In this document: piece after piece, positions 21,435 to 30,290 of the stretch
Position numbering within the stretch: the stretch's first letter is position 1
How the letters are laid out: each line of letters starts with the position of its first letter
From: Porphyridium purpureum
Lineage: Eukaryota
Direction of reading: 5' to 3'
DNA length: 64,000 nt
NCBI GenBank assembly: GCA_008690995.1
Contig: VRMN01000002.1
Coordinates: 1,426,001 to 1,490,000 of the forward strand
Notes under the pieces: generated by a model
The model's input: only the letters and a program-made list of their open reading frames with translations
Database searches by the model: none
What the model was told of the DNA's origin: nothing
Program-made: the position numbers and the translations under genes

Positions 21435-22856
21435 TCATTCAGAGTCAGACTCTTCGATAATTTTCAACAAGTCGGGCTCAGAATCGGACGCCGGCATTTC
21501 GTCGGGTACTTCTTCATCATTTTCCCCTGCCATGTATTCTTCGCGTCCATAGTATGGCCTCAGATGCTGGATCGGAAAAACATCATGACAAGCCACACCC
21601 TCGGGCAAAATCACTCGGTAAGCATGCGAGCTTACCTTCTCAATGACAGGCACCGGACCAAGAAACTTTGGTGCCGCCAAATCACTCTTGTTCGGCCGCA
21701 GTTGCGGCGCCGTGACCAACACTTGATCACCAACTTGAAACTCCCGGGCATCCTTGCGTCGATCGAAGAACTTCTGCATTCTCCCCTGGGCTTCGATCAA
21801 ATTGTCGCGGACTTCTTCATGGACTTTGCACAGGCGAAACCAGTGCTCCGCCATGTCCTTCGTCTGTCCGTCACGCGCAGGCGTCCACCCTTCACTCGGT
21901 GGAAACCGAGGATCCCTTCCATATACCACTTTGAACGGCGCGAATCCAGTGGCACTGCTTGGTGCAGAGTTGTACGCAAACTCATACAACGGCAAGTCTC
22001 GCACCCAGCCACTATTCGTCGCCATCAACTTGAGCATTTCCCGAATCACGCGGTTCACTCGCTCAGTTTGGCCATCTGTCTGCGGGTGGTTGGCGGTAGA
22101 CATAGCCAACTTCATACCCACCCGCTTGCTCAACTGCTGCCAAAACGTGGACGTAAACAGCGGATCTCGGTCCGATACAATTGACTTGGGGTATCCGAAA
22201 CGGCTCACGACGTGCTTCACGAACAAGTCAGCACAACGTTTTGCTGTCAAGTCCTTGCGCGTCGGGATAAACAGCGCCATCTTCGAATATCGATCCACCA
22301 CAGTCATGATTGCATCACAGCTGCCTTCGCTCCGAGGCAGCTCCGTCACGAAGTCCATCGAGATGTCGACCCAAGGTCCTTCTGGGATCGACAAGGGCTT
22401 CAGCTTTCCAAACGACCGATTCTCTGACTTTGTCACTTGGCATGCGTGACAAGTCTTCACAAAACGGCTCACGTCTCGCTTCATCTTTGGCCAGTAGAAG
22501 CGAGTCATCAAAGACGCATGAGTTGTGTCCGCTCCACGGTGCCCTGCTGTCGGGATATCGTGGTGGAGTTGCATGACACGCTCTCTGAACTTCCTCGGCA
22601 CGCAAACGCGATTCCTCAAGTACAAGAGCCCAGCTTCGGTTCGAAAACCCTGGTGGGTCGGTAAATCTCCCATCAAAGTACCAAAGTCTGGGTCACTCGA
22701 GTACGAACCCACGAATGCCTGGAAACCCGTACCAAATTCATCACACCGAACTTGGTACTCTAGCGCGTGCAACTCCGGCTTCCTCGACAAAGCATCGGCT
22801 ACCACGTTCGACTTTCCCTTCACATAGTCGATTGTGATATCAAACTCGGCCAAAAA
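21435..22856 (-). CDS. Inner gypsy pol, 3' part: end of RNase H and integrase (HHCC, DDE, GPY/F-like region), split from the 5' part by a 1-nt frameshift
   Basis: LAEFDITIDYVKGKSNVVADALSR; HHDIPTAGH..CHAC; ISMDFV, VSDRDP, QTDGQTERVN; KFLGPVPV..AYRVILP. Confidence 0.9.
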   Translation of the reverse strand, partial: FLAEFDITIDYVKGKSNVVADALSRKPELHALEYQVRCDEFGTGFQAFVGSYSSDPDFGTLMGDLPTHQGFRTEAGLLYLRNRVCVPRKFRERVMQLHHDIPTAGHRGADTTHASLMTRFYWPKMKRDVSRFVKTCHACQVTKSENRSFGKLKPLSIPEGPWVDISMDFVTELPRSEGSCDAIMTVVDRYSKMALFIPTRKDLTAKRCADLFVKHVVSRFGYPKSIVSDRDPLFTSTFWQQLSKRVGMKLAMSTANHPQTDGQTERVNRVIREMLKLMATNSGWVRDLPLYEFAYNSAPSSATGFAPFKVVYGRDPRFPPSEGWTPARDGQTKDMAEHWFRLCKVHEEVRDNLIEAQGRMQKFFDRRKDAREFQVGDQVLVTAPQLRPNKSDLAAPKFLGPVPVIEKVSSHAYRVILPEGVACHDVFPIQHLRPYYGREEYMAGENDEEVPDEMPASDSEPDLLKIIEESDSE

Positions 22857-24834
22857 AGTCCAACCACCGTGCTTGCCGGCCATTCAGCTCCTTCTGCGTC
22901 ATCAAATGTTTCAACGCCTCATGATCTGTGTGAAGCACAAACTTTGCCCCGTACAGATAAGGTCGAAACTCTCGCAGACAGTGAATGACGGCCATGAGCT
23001 CACCTTCATAGCTGCTGTACCTGGTCTCTCGGTCCAGCAGCTTCCTCGACGTAAACGCGACCGGTCTGCCTTCCTGTGCCAGCCATCCCCCCACCGCGAC
23101 TTCAGAGCGGTCCGTGTACACCTCAAATGGCTTTTCAGGGTCTGGCAAGGCCAACACCGGCGCTTCCGTCAACATCCCGACAATCTTCTTGAAGGCCGAC
23201 TTGCCTTCATCTCCCAGTTCGATCAGCTGCTTCTTCGACTTTGCGTTCTGCAACAGCGAAGTCAGCGGCGCCACGACGGTAGAGTATCCTTTGACAAACC
23301 TGCGAAACCAGTTTGTCATTCCCAAAAAGGATCTCAACTCCGTCACCGTCTTTGGCACTGGCCAATCTCTCAAAGCTTCCACCTTCCGTGGATCCATCTT
23401 CACGCAACCGTTGCCGACAATGTTCCCCAGGTATTCGACTTCAGAAACGAAAAAGCTGCACTTCTTGCGCTTCAAACGATACCCTGCCTTTTGCAAGCGC
23501 GACAACACTTCCTTCAGGACCTCGCCGTGCGACTGCCTATCCTTGGTAAAGACCAAAATATCGTCCAAGTAGACAATGACGGTCTTGTCCAGCAGATCTG
23601 CAAACAGCTCGTTCATGGCCCTCTGAAAAGTTGCCGGCGCGTTGCAAAGACCAAACGGCATCACACGGAACTCGAACTGTCCGTACCTGGTCTGGAACGC
23701 GGTCTTCGGCACGTCCTCTCTCCGAACACGCAACTGGTGGTATCCCGATGCCAAATCCAACTTTGAGAAACAGTGAGCTGCGCCCAGTCGATCCAGCAAC
23801 TCATCCATGTTCGGCAACGGATACCGGTCCTTCACAGTTGCGTCGTTCAACGCCCGATAATCAACGCACATCCTCATGCTGCCGTCTTTCTTCTTCACGA
23901 ACAGCACGGGTGCTCCAAACGGGCTCTGACTCGGCTGGACGAATCCTTTGTCCAGCAAGTCATCCAAAGTCTCTCGGAGGACTTTCAACTCCGCAGGGCT
24001 CAGTCGGTAGACCCTGCCCACTCTCACAGGCTTCTCATCTTTCAGCCTAATCACATGCTCCACTGTTCGGCTCTCAGGCAGCCCACGTGGCTCCTCGAAC
24101 AGATTTTCGAAATCCTTGAGCATCTTTCTCACAGAGTCAGCTTCTTTGCGCTCCACTGAACAGGGCTTCTCCCTTCCTTTCAGCACGCCGAGGTAGCACT
24201 CTTCTACCTCCTGACTCTTCAACAGCCGACGGAGCTCTTTCCGTGGCACCAGCATCTGCGTCATGCTCCAGGCCTTTTTCTCTCCGTAGGCCAACATGCC
24301 AGACTGCCAATCAATCACTGGGTTCTCCCGCTTCAGCCACTCCATGCCCAAGATTGCGTCTTGTCCCGCAATCCGGCAAATGGCAAAGGTAGCGGTCCCT
24401 GAGTACCCATCGCTCAGTTCAAACTTGACATTGGAAACTTCTCCGGCTGTTTCCAATACAGACCCATCCGCTAGGGTCACATGATCTCTCTTCCACGACG
24501 CCTTCTGCTTCAGGCCGTCGGATTTCTGCACAAAGTCCACGCTCATGAAGTTGTCCGTCGCGCCACTGTCAATCAAAAACGTGGCCTCTCCGTCGGACTT
24601 GTGCACTTTTCCTCGAACTCGAAGAAGCATGGCAGCTCCCATCCCTCCAAGTTCCTTGATCACGGGCTGATTTGCGCTCGAGTTTCGCCCACAAGGTGTC
24701 GGACAGCCAGACCTTGGCTTACCAAGGCCACCACAGCGGTCTTCATTACCGCCCCTAGAGGTCTCGTAACGTGTGCGAGCCTCCTTTCCCTCTGACTGTC
24801 CGAGGAACCTCTCTACTCGAGCTCCTCGTTTTTT
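22840..24834 (-). CDS. Inner gypsy pol, 5' part: protease, RT and RNase H (entered by a -1 frameshift from gag)
   Basis: FLIDSGAT; RMCVDYRALN, SKLDLASGYHQ, MPFGLCNAPATFQ, VYLDDILV; YTDRS..YEGELMAV..TDHEAL. Confidence 0.93.
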   Translation of the reverse strand, partial: KKRGARVERFLGQSEGKEARTRYETSRGGNEDRCGGLGKPRSGCPTPCGRNSSANQPVIKELGGMGAAMLLRVRGKVHKSDGEATFLIDSGATDNFMSVDFVQKSDGLKQKASWKRDHVTLADGSVLETAGEVSNVKFELSDGYSGTATFAICRIAGQDAILGMEWLKRENPVIDWQSGMLAYGEKKAWSMTQMLVPRKELRRLLKSQEVEECYLGVLKGREKPCSVERKEADSVRKMLKDFENLFEEPRGLPESRTVEHVIRLKDEKPVRVGRVYRLSPAELKVLRETLDDLLDKGFVQPSQSPFGAPVLFVKKKDGSMRMCVDYRALNDATVKDRYPLPNMDELLDRLGAAHCFSKLDLASGYHQLRVRREDVPKTAFQTRYGQFEFRVMPFGLCNAPATFQRAMNELFADLLDKTVIVYLDDILVFTKDRQSHGEVLKEVLSRLQKAGYRLKRKKCSFFVSEVEYLGNIVGNGCVKMDPRKVEALRDWPVPKTVTELRSFLGMTNWFRRFVKGYSTVVAPLTSLLQNAKSKKQLIELGDEGKSAFKKIVGMLTEAPVLALPDPEKPFEVYTDRSEVAVGGWLAQEGRPVAFTSRKLLDRETRYSSYEGELMAVIHCLREFRPYLYGAKFVLHTDHEALKHLMTQKELNGRQARWLDFFGRV

Positions 24835-25619
24835 GACTCCAGCGAGTCTCCCTCCAGCTGCTGGATAGTCTTCCTTGCCTCGGGACACTTCCTCGCGATG
24901 TGTCCCGGCCTTCCACAATTCCAGCATTTGAGCTCGCTTCGAACACGCCTCTGACCCTGCACATGTCCCAGCTCCATCGGGACGGGTCCTTCCTGCGCTG
25001 CACGACCGAAAAATGGCGTCCTCACACTTGAATCACGCACGCCGCGGGTCGCATGAATGGCGTCGTCCACGACCACCGCCACCTGCGCAGCCTCCGCAAA
25101 CGTGCTCACTCCTCGCTTGTACACTTCTAAGCGGACCTCGGGCTTCAGACCCCTCACAAAGCGGTCCATCATTTCTGCGTCCGACAAGTCCGGAATCACA
25201 AGTGCCGCGTCCTGAAAAGCCGCCACATACGCATGGGCCGGGCCTTTCTGCGAAAGACGCGTCAACTTGTCCCTTGCACGCCTGATCGAATCCTGCGGCG
25301 TGAACCGAGCACTCACGAGGGCAGCGAAATCATTCCACGTCGTGGGGATCTCCTGCGGGTAGCGCTCGCAGTTCAGGACCCACCAATGAAGCGCCTCTCC
25401 CTCGAAGTAGTCTGATGCCAAGTCCACAGCACGCCTCTCCGCAAGCAGACGTTTCTCCAAATCGTCCGGGTGGATGCTCTCCAACAGCCGGCCCAAGATC
25501 TTCTTTCTCGCCTGGAACAACCACGTCTTCACAACCAGAAGGTCACGCTTCCCGTCGAACCTCATCTGACGGGCCTCCTTCGGGCCACGTGGTCCCAGCG
25601 TCTCCGAATCAATCTCCAT
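24813..25619 (-). CDS. Inner gypsy gag (retrotransposon gag domain plus CCHC zinc knuckle)
   Basis: ALHWW..WNDFAALVSARF..FVRGLKPEVR..PMELG..CWNCGRPGHIARKC. Confidence 0.92.
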   Translation of the reverse strand: MEIDSETLGPRGPKEARQMRFDGKRDLLVVKTWLFQARKKILGRLLESIHPDDLEKRLLAERRAVDLASDYFEGEALHWWVLNCERYPQEIPTTWNDFAALVSARFTPQDSIRRARDKLTRLSQKGPAHAYVAAFQDAALVIPDLSDAEMMDRFVRGLKPEVRLEVYKRGVSTFAEAAQVAVVVDDAIHATRGVRDSSVRTPFFGRAAQEGPVPMELGHVQGQRRVRSELKCWNCGRPGHIARKCPEARKTIQQLEGDSLESKNEELE

Positions 25620-26186
25620 GCTTTCTGGACTAAAGCACGCTCAACGACGACAACGACACAAACAGCAAGCCTCCGATGCTCACTTTCTCCAACAGCTGCG
25701 CGCACCACGAACGGGCTCGGTCGCCCTCACGAACACAAACCGACACACGAAGCTGTCCTCTCACGCACACACACGCACAGCAATCTTCTCACGCACACAC
25801 AACAAAGCACACAGCAATCCTCCTCTGTTGCGCTGGATGGGGAGCGGCCCGGGCCTTTGCACTGGGGCGGGGATTATAGATGCGATCTTGTATGGAGGTG
25901 TTCGGCGCCTACCTTCGCAAAGGTGGTCGTGCGACACTAGGATGAATCCTAGTGAAGGCTGACCGTTACGGCTCTTGCCTACTAATACGTGCTAAGGCAG
26001 AGAGCGAGTCCGCCGTCAAGGCCTAGGCCTATCGTACAGCCAAGACTGAGACCCGCTTCCACCCGTCGCACCCTCCGGATCGACTTACTCGAACCCCCTT
26101 ACCCGCAGACTCTCCCACCCAGGCAACCCCAGAGAAACTCTAAGAGAACCTTAGAGCAACCCCAGGTAACCAGCGATGATACCAAA

Positions 26187-26476
26187 TGTTACCAATGCTG
26201 TGCCTTTTTTTTTGCTTCTTACCTCTTCTGTCTCCGAGCAAGACCTGACCGGCTAGTCCGGGCAGGCGCGTCGCCTTTTTATACCCTTACTTCCGCTAGG
26301 GACAGCAAGGCGCCAAGAGAAATGACAATGCAAATCATTGGCATTTCTGCGCGCGTCTAGAAGGTTCTGGAACCTCTAGAAGCTTCTAGAAACGGTTCAA
26401 CGGTCTACCGGTTTAACGGCTTACCGGTTTTGGATTAACCGAACCGTTCTAGGTGACTGGGGTCGAACGGATAACA
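26187..26476 (-). repeat. 5' LTR of the inner gypsy element
   Basis: Followed on the minus strand by TT and the PBS. TATAAAAA at 26276-26283. Confidence 0.95.
26360..26391. promoter_or_regulatory. Two perfect heat-shock elements in the inner LTR U3 (copy at 21199-21230)
   Basis: GAAggTTCtgGAA at 26360-26372 and GAAgcTTCtaGAA at 26379-26391 fit nGAAnnTTCnnGAAn, about 80-110 bp upstream of the TATA. Confidence 0.7.
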
Positions 26477-29209
26477 GCCCACTTCTAATTCGTTCATCTG
26501 CGCCCACGCCAGCACGATCCTTAGCGCAGCTAAAGATGCCGGCGCCTCGTAGGGAACGGTAAGAGACACTGGGACCCCCGTCATGTCCGTAATGCGATCC
26601 CCCCCGGCCACGAGCCTTGCCTTGATCTTGCGCTCCTCAACAGGACGCTCCGTGTGCTTTTCGGCTACCACCATGTGCGCCCTTACAATAAGTCCCTCGG
26701 TAATGGAGTTCAGAGTGACCGGTTCCGGATCCCACACGCCGAAGCGCCGCATTTGCCCGAGCTCATTCTCAATGGCCTCAGCTGCCCTTCCATCCGTGGT
26801 GGCTTCTCGTCTGCTCATTACCCTGGTAACATTTATGGTCACGGAAGGAAAGCGCGCCGCTATTCGGGCCGAGCGACGGGCGTTCTTCTTTGTACGCCTG
26901 ATTTCTTTGCCCTCCTTAGCCGCCCGCCGCGCCGCGACCTCCTGGCTTAGCTGCTTTTCCCGCTCGTCGATGGCCTTCAGGCGTTCCGTGATTGCTTCAA
27001 CCCTCGCTTTGATTCCCGTCTCTTCCGACGCGACGTTGTCGCGCTGTGCGACTGCCAAATCCCCGTCCGGATCGTACGCGATCACCTTTTCCATTTCTGC
27101 GAGCGGTTCTGCGCCCGGCACGCGCATGGTGAAGTCTTTGAATACTCTGAAATCTCTTGTCCACGTCGTCGCTCCAGACCCTGTCTCGAGAACTTCGAGG
27201 GCGGCGGGGTGGTCCCGAGCCCCGACGACCACTCCCTCGCGCGTGGTAGGAGCGAACTTGTTGGCTACGTCGTCCACTTTATAGACCACCCGCGATCCGA
27301 ATGGAGCCATCAGCCATGGCTTGCCGCTCTCGACCCATCCCTGTCCGTATCTGCGCTCAAAGGGAGTTAGTCCGTCCCTACCCAGGTGCACCCGATTGTA
27401 CCAGAACGCGAAGAATTTGGCTGCTCTGAAAAACCAGACGACGTGCAAACCCGATTGCCATAAGAGGCAACGAATGACGGCATTCAACGTGTGGTGCAGT
27501 CTTTCCAGTCGCGCGTGTCCGTTCGGTCTATGAGGGATGCAGAGGGTATGTTCAACGTTCCTCTCGCGCAGAACGCGCGCGAACGCGCCCCTAAACTCGC
27601 TGCCCGAATCTGTGCGCATCCGTTTCGGCCAATCTCTCCCAGCTTGGCACTCGACAAGCGCCTCGCGGCAGGCCAGGGCAGTCTTATCGACGACTCCCGC
27701 GACTTCTATCCACCCCGTGTGCTCGTCGACATGTGTCAGGATGTATCGATATCCTTCCCGCGAACGGACCTTGGCGCCGGCGTCGACCAGGTCCACCCCT
27801 ATTTCTTCGTCAAAGCGTGCAGCGACCCCAGGTGCTCGCGCGTGCGCGTCGACATCAATTCGGTAAGACGGCCGCATTTTCAGCTTCGCCCTTGTACAAA
27901 CCTCGCACGACGTGCGAGCAGGCATGTGCAGGAGCGCGTGTCCGTCGGGCACATTTGAAACTGTGGTGCCAAGGGCGAGACGATCGACCCATGTCATTGC
28001 GCGTCGAATACCTCGTATCGCATTTGGCGCTCCATCGTCGCTTGAACTTGACGCTATGTCGCCGGTTTGTGCCTCCCCCGGCGAATCAGGTTCTGGGATC
28101 AGGCTACAGTCTCCGGAAGGGTATGCGGTTTCCTTCAACGCACTGCCGCCATGCCGCGACCCGATTTTACTCCTGACTAGCGAGTCTTGCGCAGGGTCCG
28201 TGTTGCTCCTCGCCTTCGTTTTGCCCATCACTTGGTCCCTTCCTCGCGTCCGTACCTCCGTTTCGCGGCACTCAGCCGACTTCGCCAACGGGGTGCCTTT
28301 GCATGCTTGGTTCGAATGGACCTCGACATTCGCCCCCATGTTCGGCCTATCTGTTTCGCAATCTACGCGCTCCGGGCTCATATTCCCGTTCTCGTAACCG
28401 TTCGCTCCTGTCGAGCATGCGTTGGAGCTCCCCGCGCTCTCTTCATCGCTCAGCCCTGATGACTTTCCGACGTTCTTTTCATGCACGCGCCCCGCGCTTG
28501 TGTCTCGGTTCACGCATGGCCCGTCCACATGTACGCTCGAGCGCCCCGCGCTCCGTCCTTGATTTCGCGGCTGCGGATTGACAGAGCTTGCTTCCACGTG
28601 CCCTGCGCTCCCGTTCTGCTCTCTGCCCGGCCCAGCCGTTCGTCCGCTCGTGCGCCCTGCGCTCCCGTTCTGCTCTCTGCCCGGCCCAGCCGTTCCTCCG
28701 CTCGTGCGCCCTGCGCTCTCGTTCTGCTCTCTGCCCGGCCCAGCCGTTCCTCCGCTCGTGCGCCCTGCGCTCCCGTTCTGCTCCTTGTCCCTTTTCAAGT
28801 TCATATCTTCCCGCTTACGCATGAAAATGCTCCCGTCCTCGTAATCAATGACCATCCCAGTACGCGTCAGGAACTCCATACCGATGACGAGGTCGGTCAT
28901 CAGTGCCGGACATACAATCGCACGGCAGCGACGTGACCCGATGCCGTTCAGCTCCAAATGACCGAGAAGGCTCCCGACAACATTAGTCTTGCGCCCGTCG
29001 GCAAGGACGGCCTGAAGTCCCGGTGTCGCTTCGCAAAATGATAATAACCCTGAATGGCGCACCCATGCCTTATCCACAAAGACATGTGTGGCGCCACAGT
29101 CTACGATTGCCATCGCACGTTTCCCGCAGAAGCGAACGTGCAACGTCAGAAGTTCTGACGGCTCCCGCGCCGACACCTGCCCTAGTCTCGGCGCGGGGCG
29201 CCTTTTCCC
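26477..29209 (-). CDS. Outer element pol, 5' part: gypsy-type aspartic protease, repeat-containing linker, integrase and start of copia-type RT
   Basis: AIVDCGATHVFV..LADG..DLVIGMEFL; HALLHMP..CEVC; GVDLVD, RTDSGSEF, RLERLHHTL; TPFERRYG..PFGSRV; AIENELGQM..KIKARLVAGG. Confidence 0.9.
28600..28783. repeat. 54-bp in-frame tandem repeat (about 3.4 copies) in the PR-IN linker of the outer pol
   Basis: Units start at 28600, 28654, 28708 and 28762, encoding EQNGSAGRTSGGTAGPGR. Confidence 0.93.
29164..29209 (-). promoter_or_regulatory. Predicted -1 ribosomal frameshift signal (outer gag/pol)
   Basis: G_GGA_AAA in the gag frame at 29209-29203, a 5-nt spacer, then a 10-bp stem CCCGCGCCGA/TCGGCGCGGG with a 14-nt loop. 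Pol is in the -1 frame. Confidence 0.75.
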
Positions 29210-29922
29210 GGCTGCGCCTGCGCTCGCGCGCGGTGCGGCTTGGGGCAGTCTCGCGCAAAGTGCCCGCGTTCCTCGCAGTTGTAACAGGTTACCTCCATAG
29301 CCTGCGCCCCGATTTCCATTGGTGCCGAGCTCTCTCCATACGGCACGTCGAAAGCGCGCGTCGGGCCTGAGCGATGGTGGATCCCAAGACCCTGGGATGA
29401 TGGCGAACCGCGACGCGCCGCCACGAATGCGTCCTCCGCGCAAAGGGCAACTCGGCAGGCCTCATCGAGGCTACTTGGATTCTCCTTCATAACTTCGAAC
29501 GCTATGGCGGGCTTAAGTCCACGCGTGAACTTGTCCAACGCCTCCGCGGCACCCACGTCCTCACACGCTAGGACCAGGTCCCTGAACTCGGCCGCGTACA
29601 CCGCTACGCCCCTCGTCTGGCGCCATCCATGCAGCGCATCTCGCGCGCGACGCTTGTAGTCCGCCGGCAAGAACTGTTCCATAAACACCGTTCGAAACCC
29701 GGCCCAATTCTCTGGACGGACCGGCAGGCCACGCAACCACTGCAATGCAGTATCCGTCAAGTAGCTCATGGCTACGTTGACTCCTTCGCGCTCAGAGCTG
29801 GCGAACGGCAGAACCTTCGTCTCCACTTCGAACAACCAGTTCATCACCACTCGCTGGTTCCGCTGCCCCGCGAACTGGCTGAGCCGCGCCGGCCTCACAA
29901 CTGGCCACGTCTCCTCGTCCAT
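29182..29922 (-). CDS. Outer element gag, Ty3/gypsy-type, with CCHC knuckle
   Basis: ALQWL..WAGFRTVFMEQF..FTRGLKPAI..PMEIG..CYNCEERGHFARDC. Aligns by eye along its length with the inner gypsy gag. Confidence 0.9.
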   Translation of the reverse strand: MDEETWPVVRPARLSQFAGQRNQRVVMNWLFEVETKVLPFASSEREGVNVAMSYLTDTALQWLRGLPVRPENWAGFRTVFMEQFLPADYKRRARDALHGWRQTRGVAVYAAEFRDLVLACEDVGAAEALDKFTRGLKPAIAFEVMKENPSSLDEACRVALCAEDAFVAARRGSPSSQGLGIHHRSGPTRAFDVPYGESSAPMEIGAQAMEVTCYNCEERGHFARDCPKPHRARAQAQPGKGAPRRD

Positions 29923-29983
29923 CCCGACAGGCCCCGCACCAGAGACTACCGCTCCTCACCCGCCGAACCGGGCGATGATACCA

Positions 29984-30285
29984 CGTGGGTTTTCTGTTAA
30001 CGATCAACGAAGAACCCTTTTACTATTCCCCTTCCCTTACCTTCTCTCTTTTCTTCTAGGCTTATCCGTCTGCCATCTCTGCGCGACCGCACCCACTATA
30101 TAGACGCCCGCCGGGTCCTTGTTGATGCAATCTGACCACATCGAGTCACGTCACATCGGCATCCGGCGGGACGCTAGTCGAGTCACATCGCATTACACCC
30201 GCTGAATCCCCGTCACGACGTCCCGGTACGTTCGCACTCGCCCTTCCGCACGCCCATCGACGAGTGGGACGGGCAACTTTCCACG
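29984..30285 (-). repeat. 5' LTR of the outer element (302 bp)
   Basis: Identical to 19429-19730 and directly abutted by the PBS. Confidence 0.95.
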
Positions 30286-30290
30286 GTTAA

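Larger units (their letters stand above)
21026..26476 (-). mobile_element. Inner (nested) Ty3/gypsy LTR retrotransposon, 5451 bp
   Basis: Identical 290-bp TG...CA LTRs at 21026-21315 and 26187-26476. TSD GCCCA at 21021-21025 and 26477-26481. PBS TGGTATCATCGC at 26173-26184. PPT AAGAGGGGGGGAGA at 21316-21329. Order gag-PR-RT-RH-IN. Confidence 0.97.
19429..30285 (-). mobile_element. Outer LTR retrotransposon (about 5.4 kb without the nested insert): gypsy-type gag-PR plus copia-order IN-RT-RH
   Basis: Identical 302-bp LTRs at 19429-19730 and 29984-30285. TSD GTTAA at 19424-19428 and 30286-30290. PBS TGGTATCATCGC at 29972-29983. Confidence 0.95.

Noticed and set aside
21330..21440. Chromodomain after the inner integrase
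   Set aside because: The integrase ends in an acidic tail, and translation past the stop shows no chromodomain motifs.
26435..26476. C-terminus CYPFDPSHLERFG* of the 1002-aa ORF
   Set aside because: It is encoded by the inner 5' LTR and results from the nested insertion.
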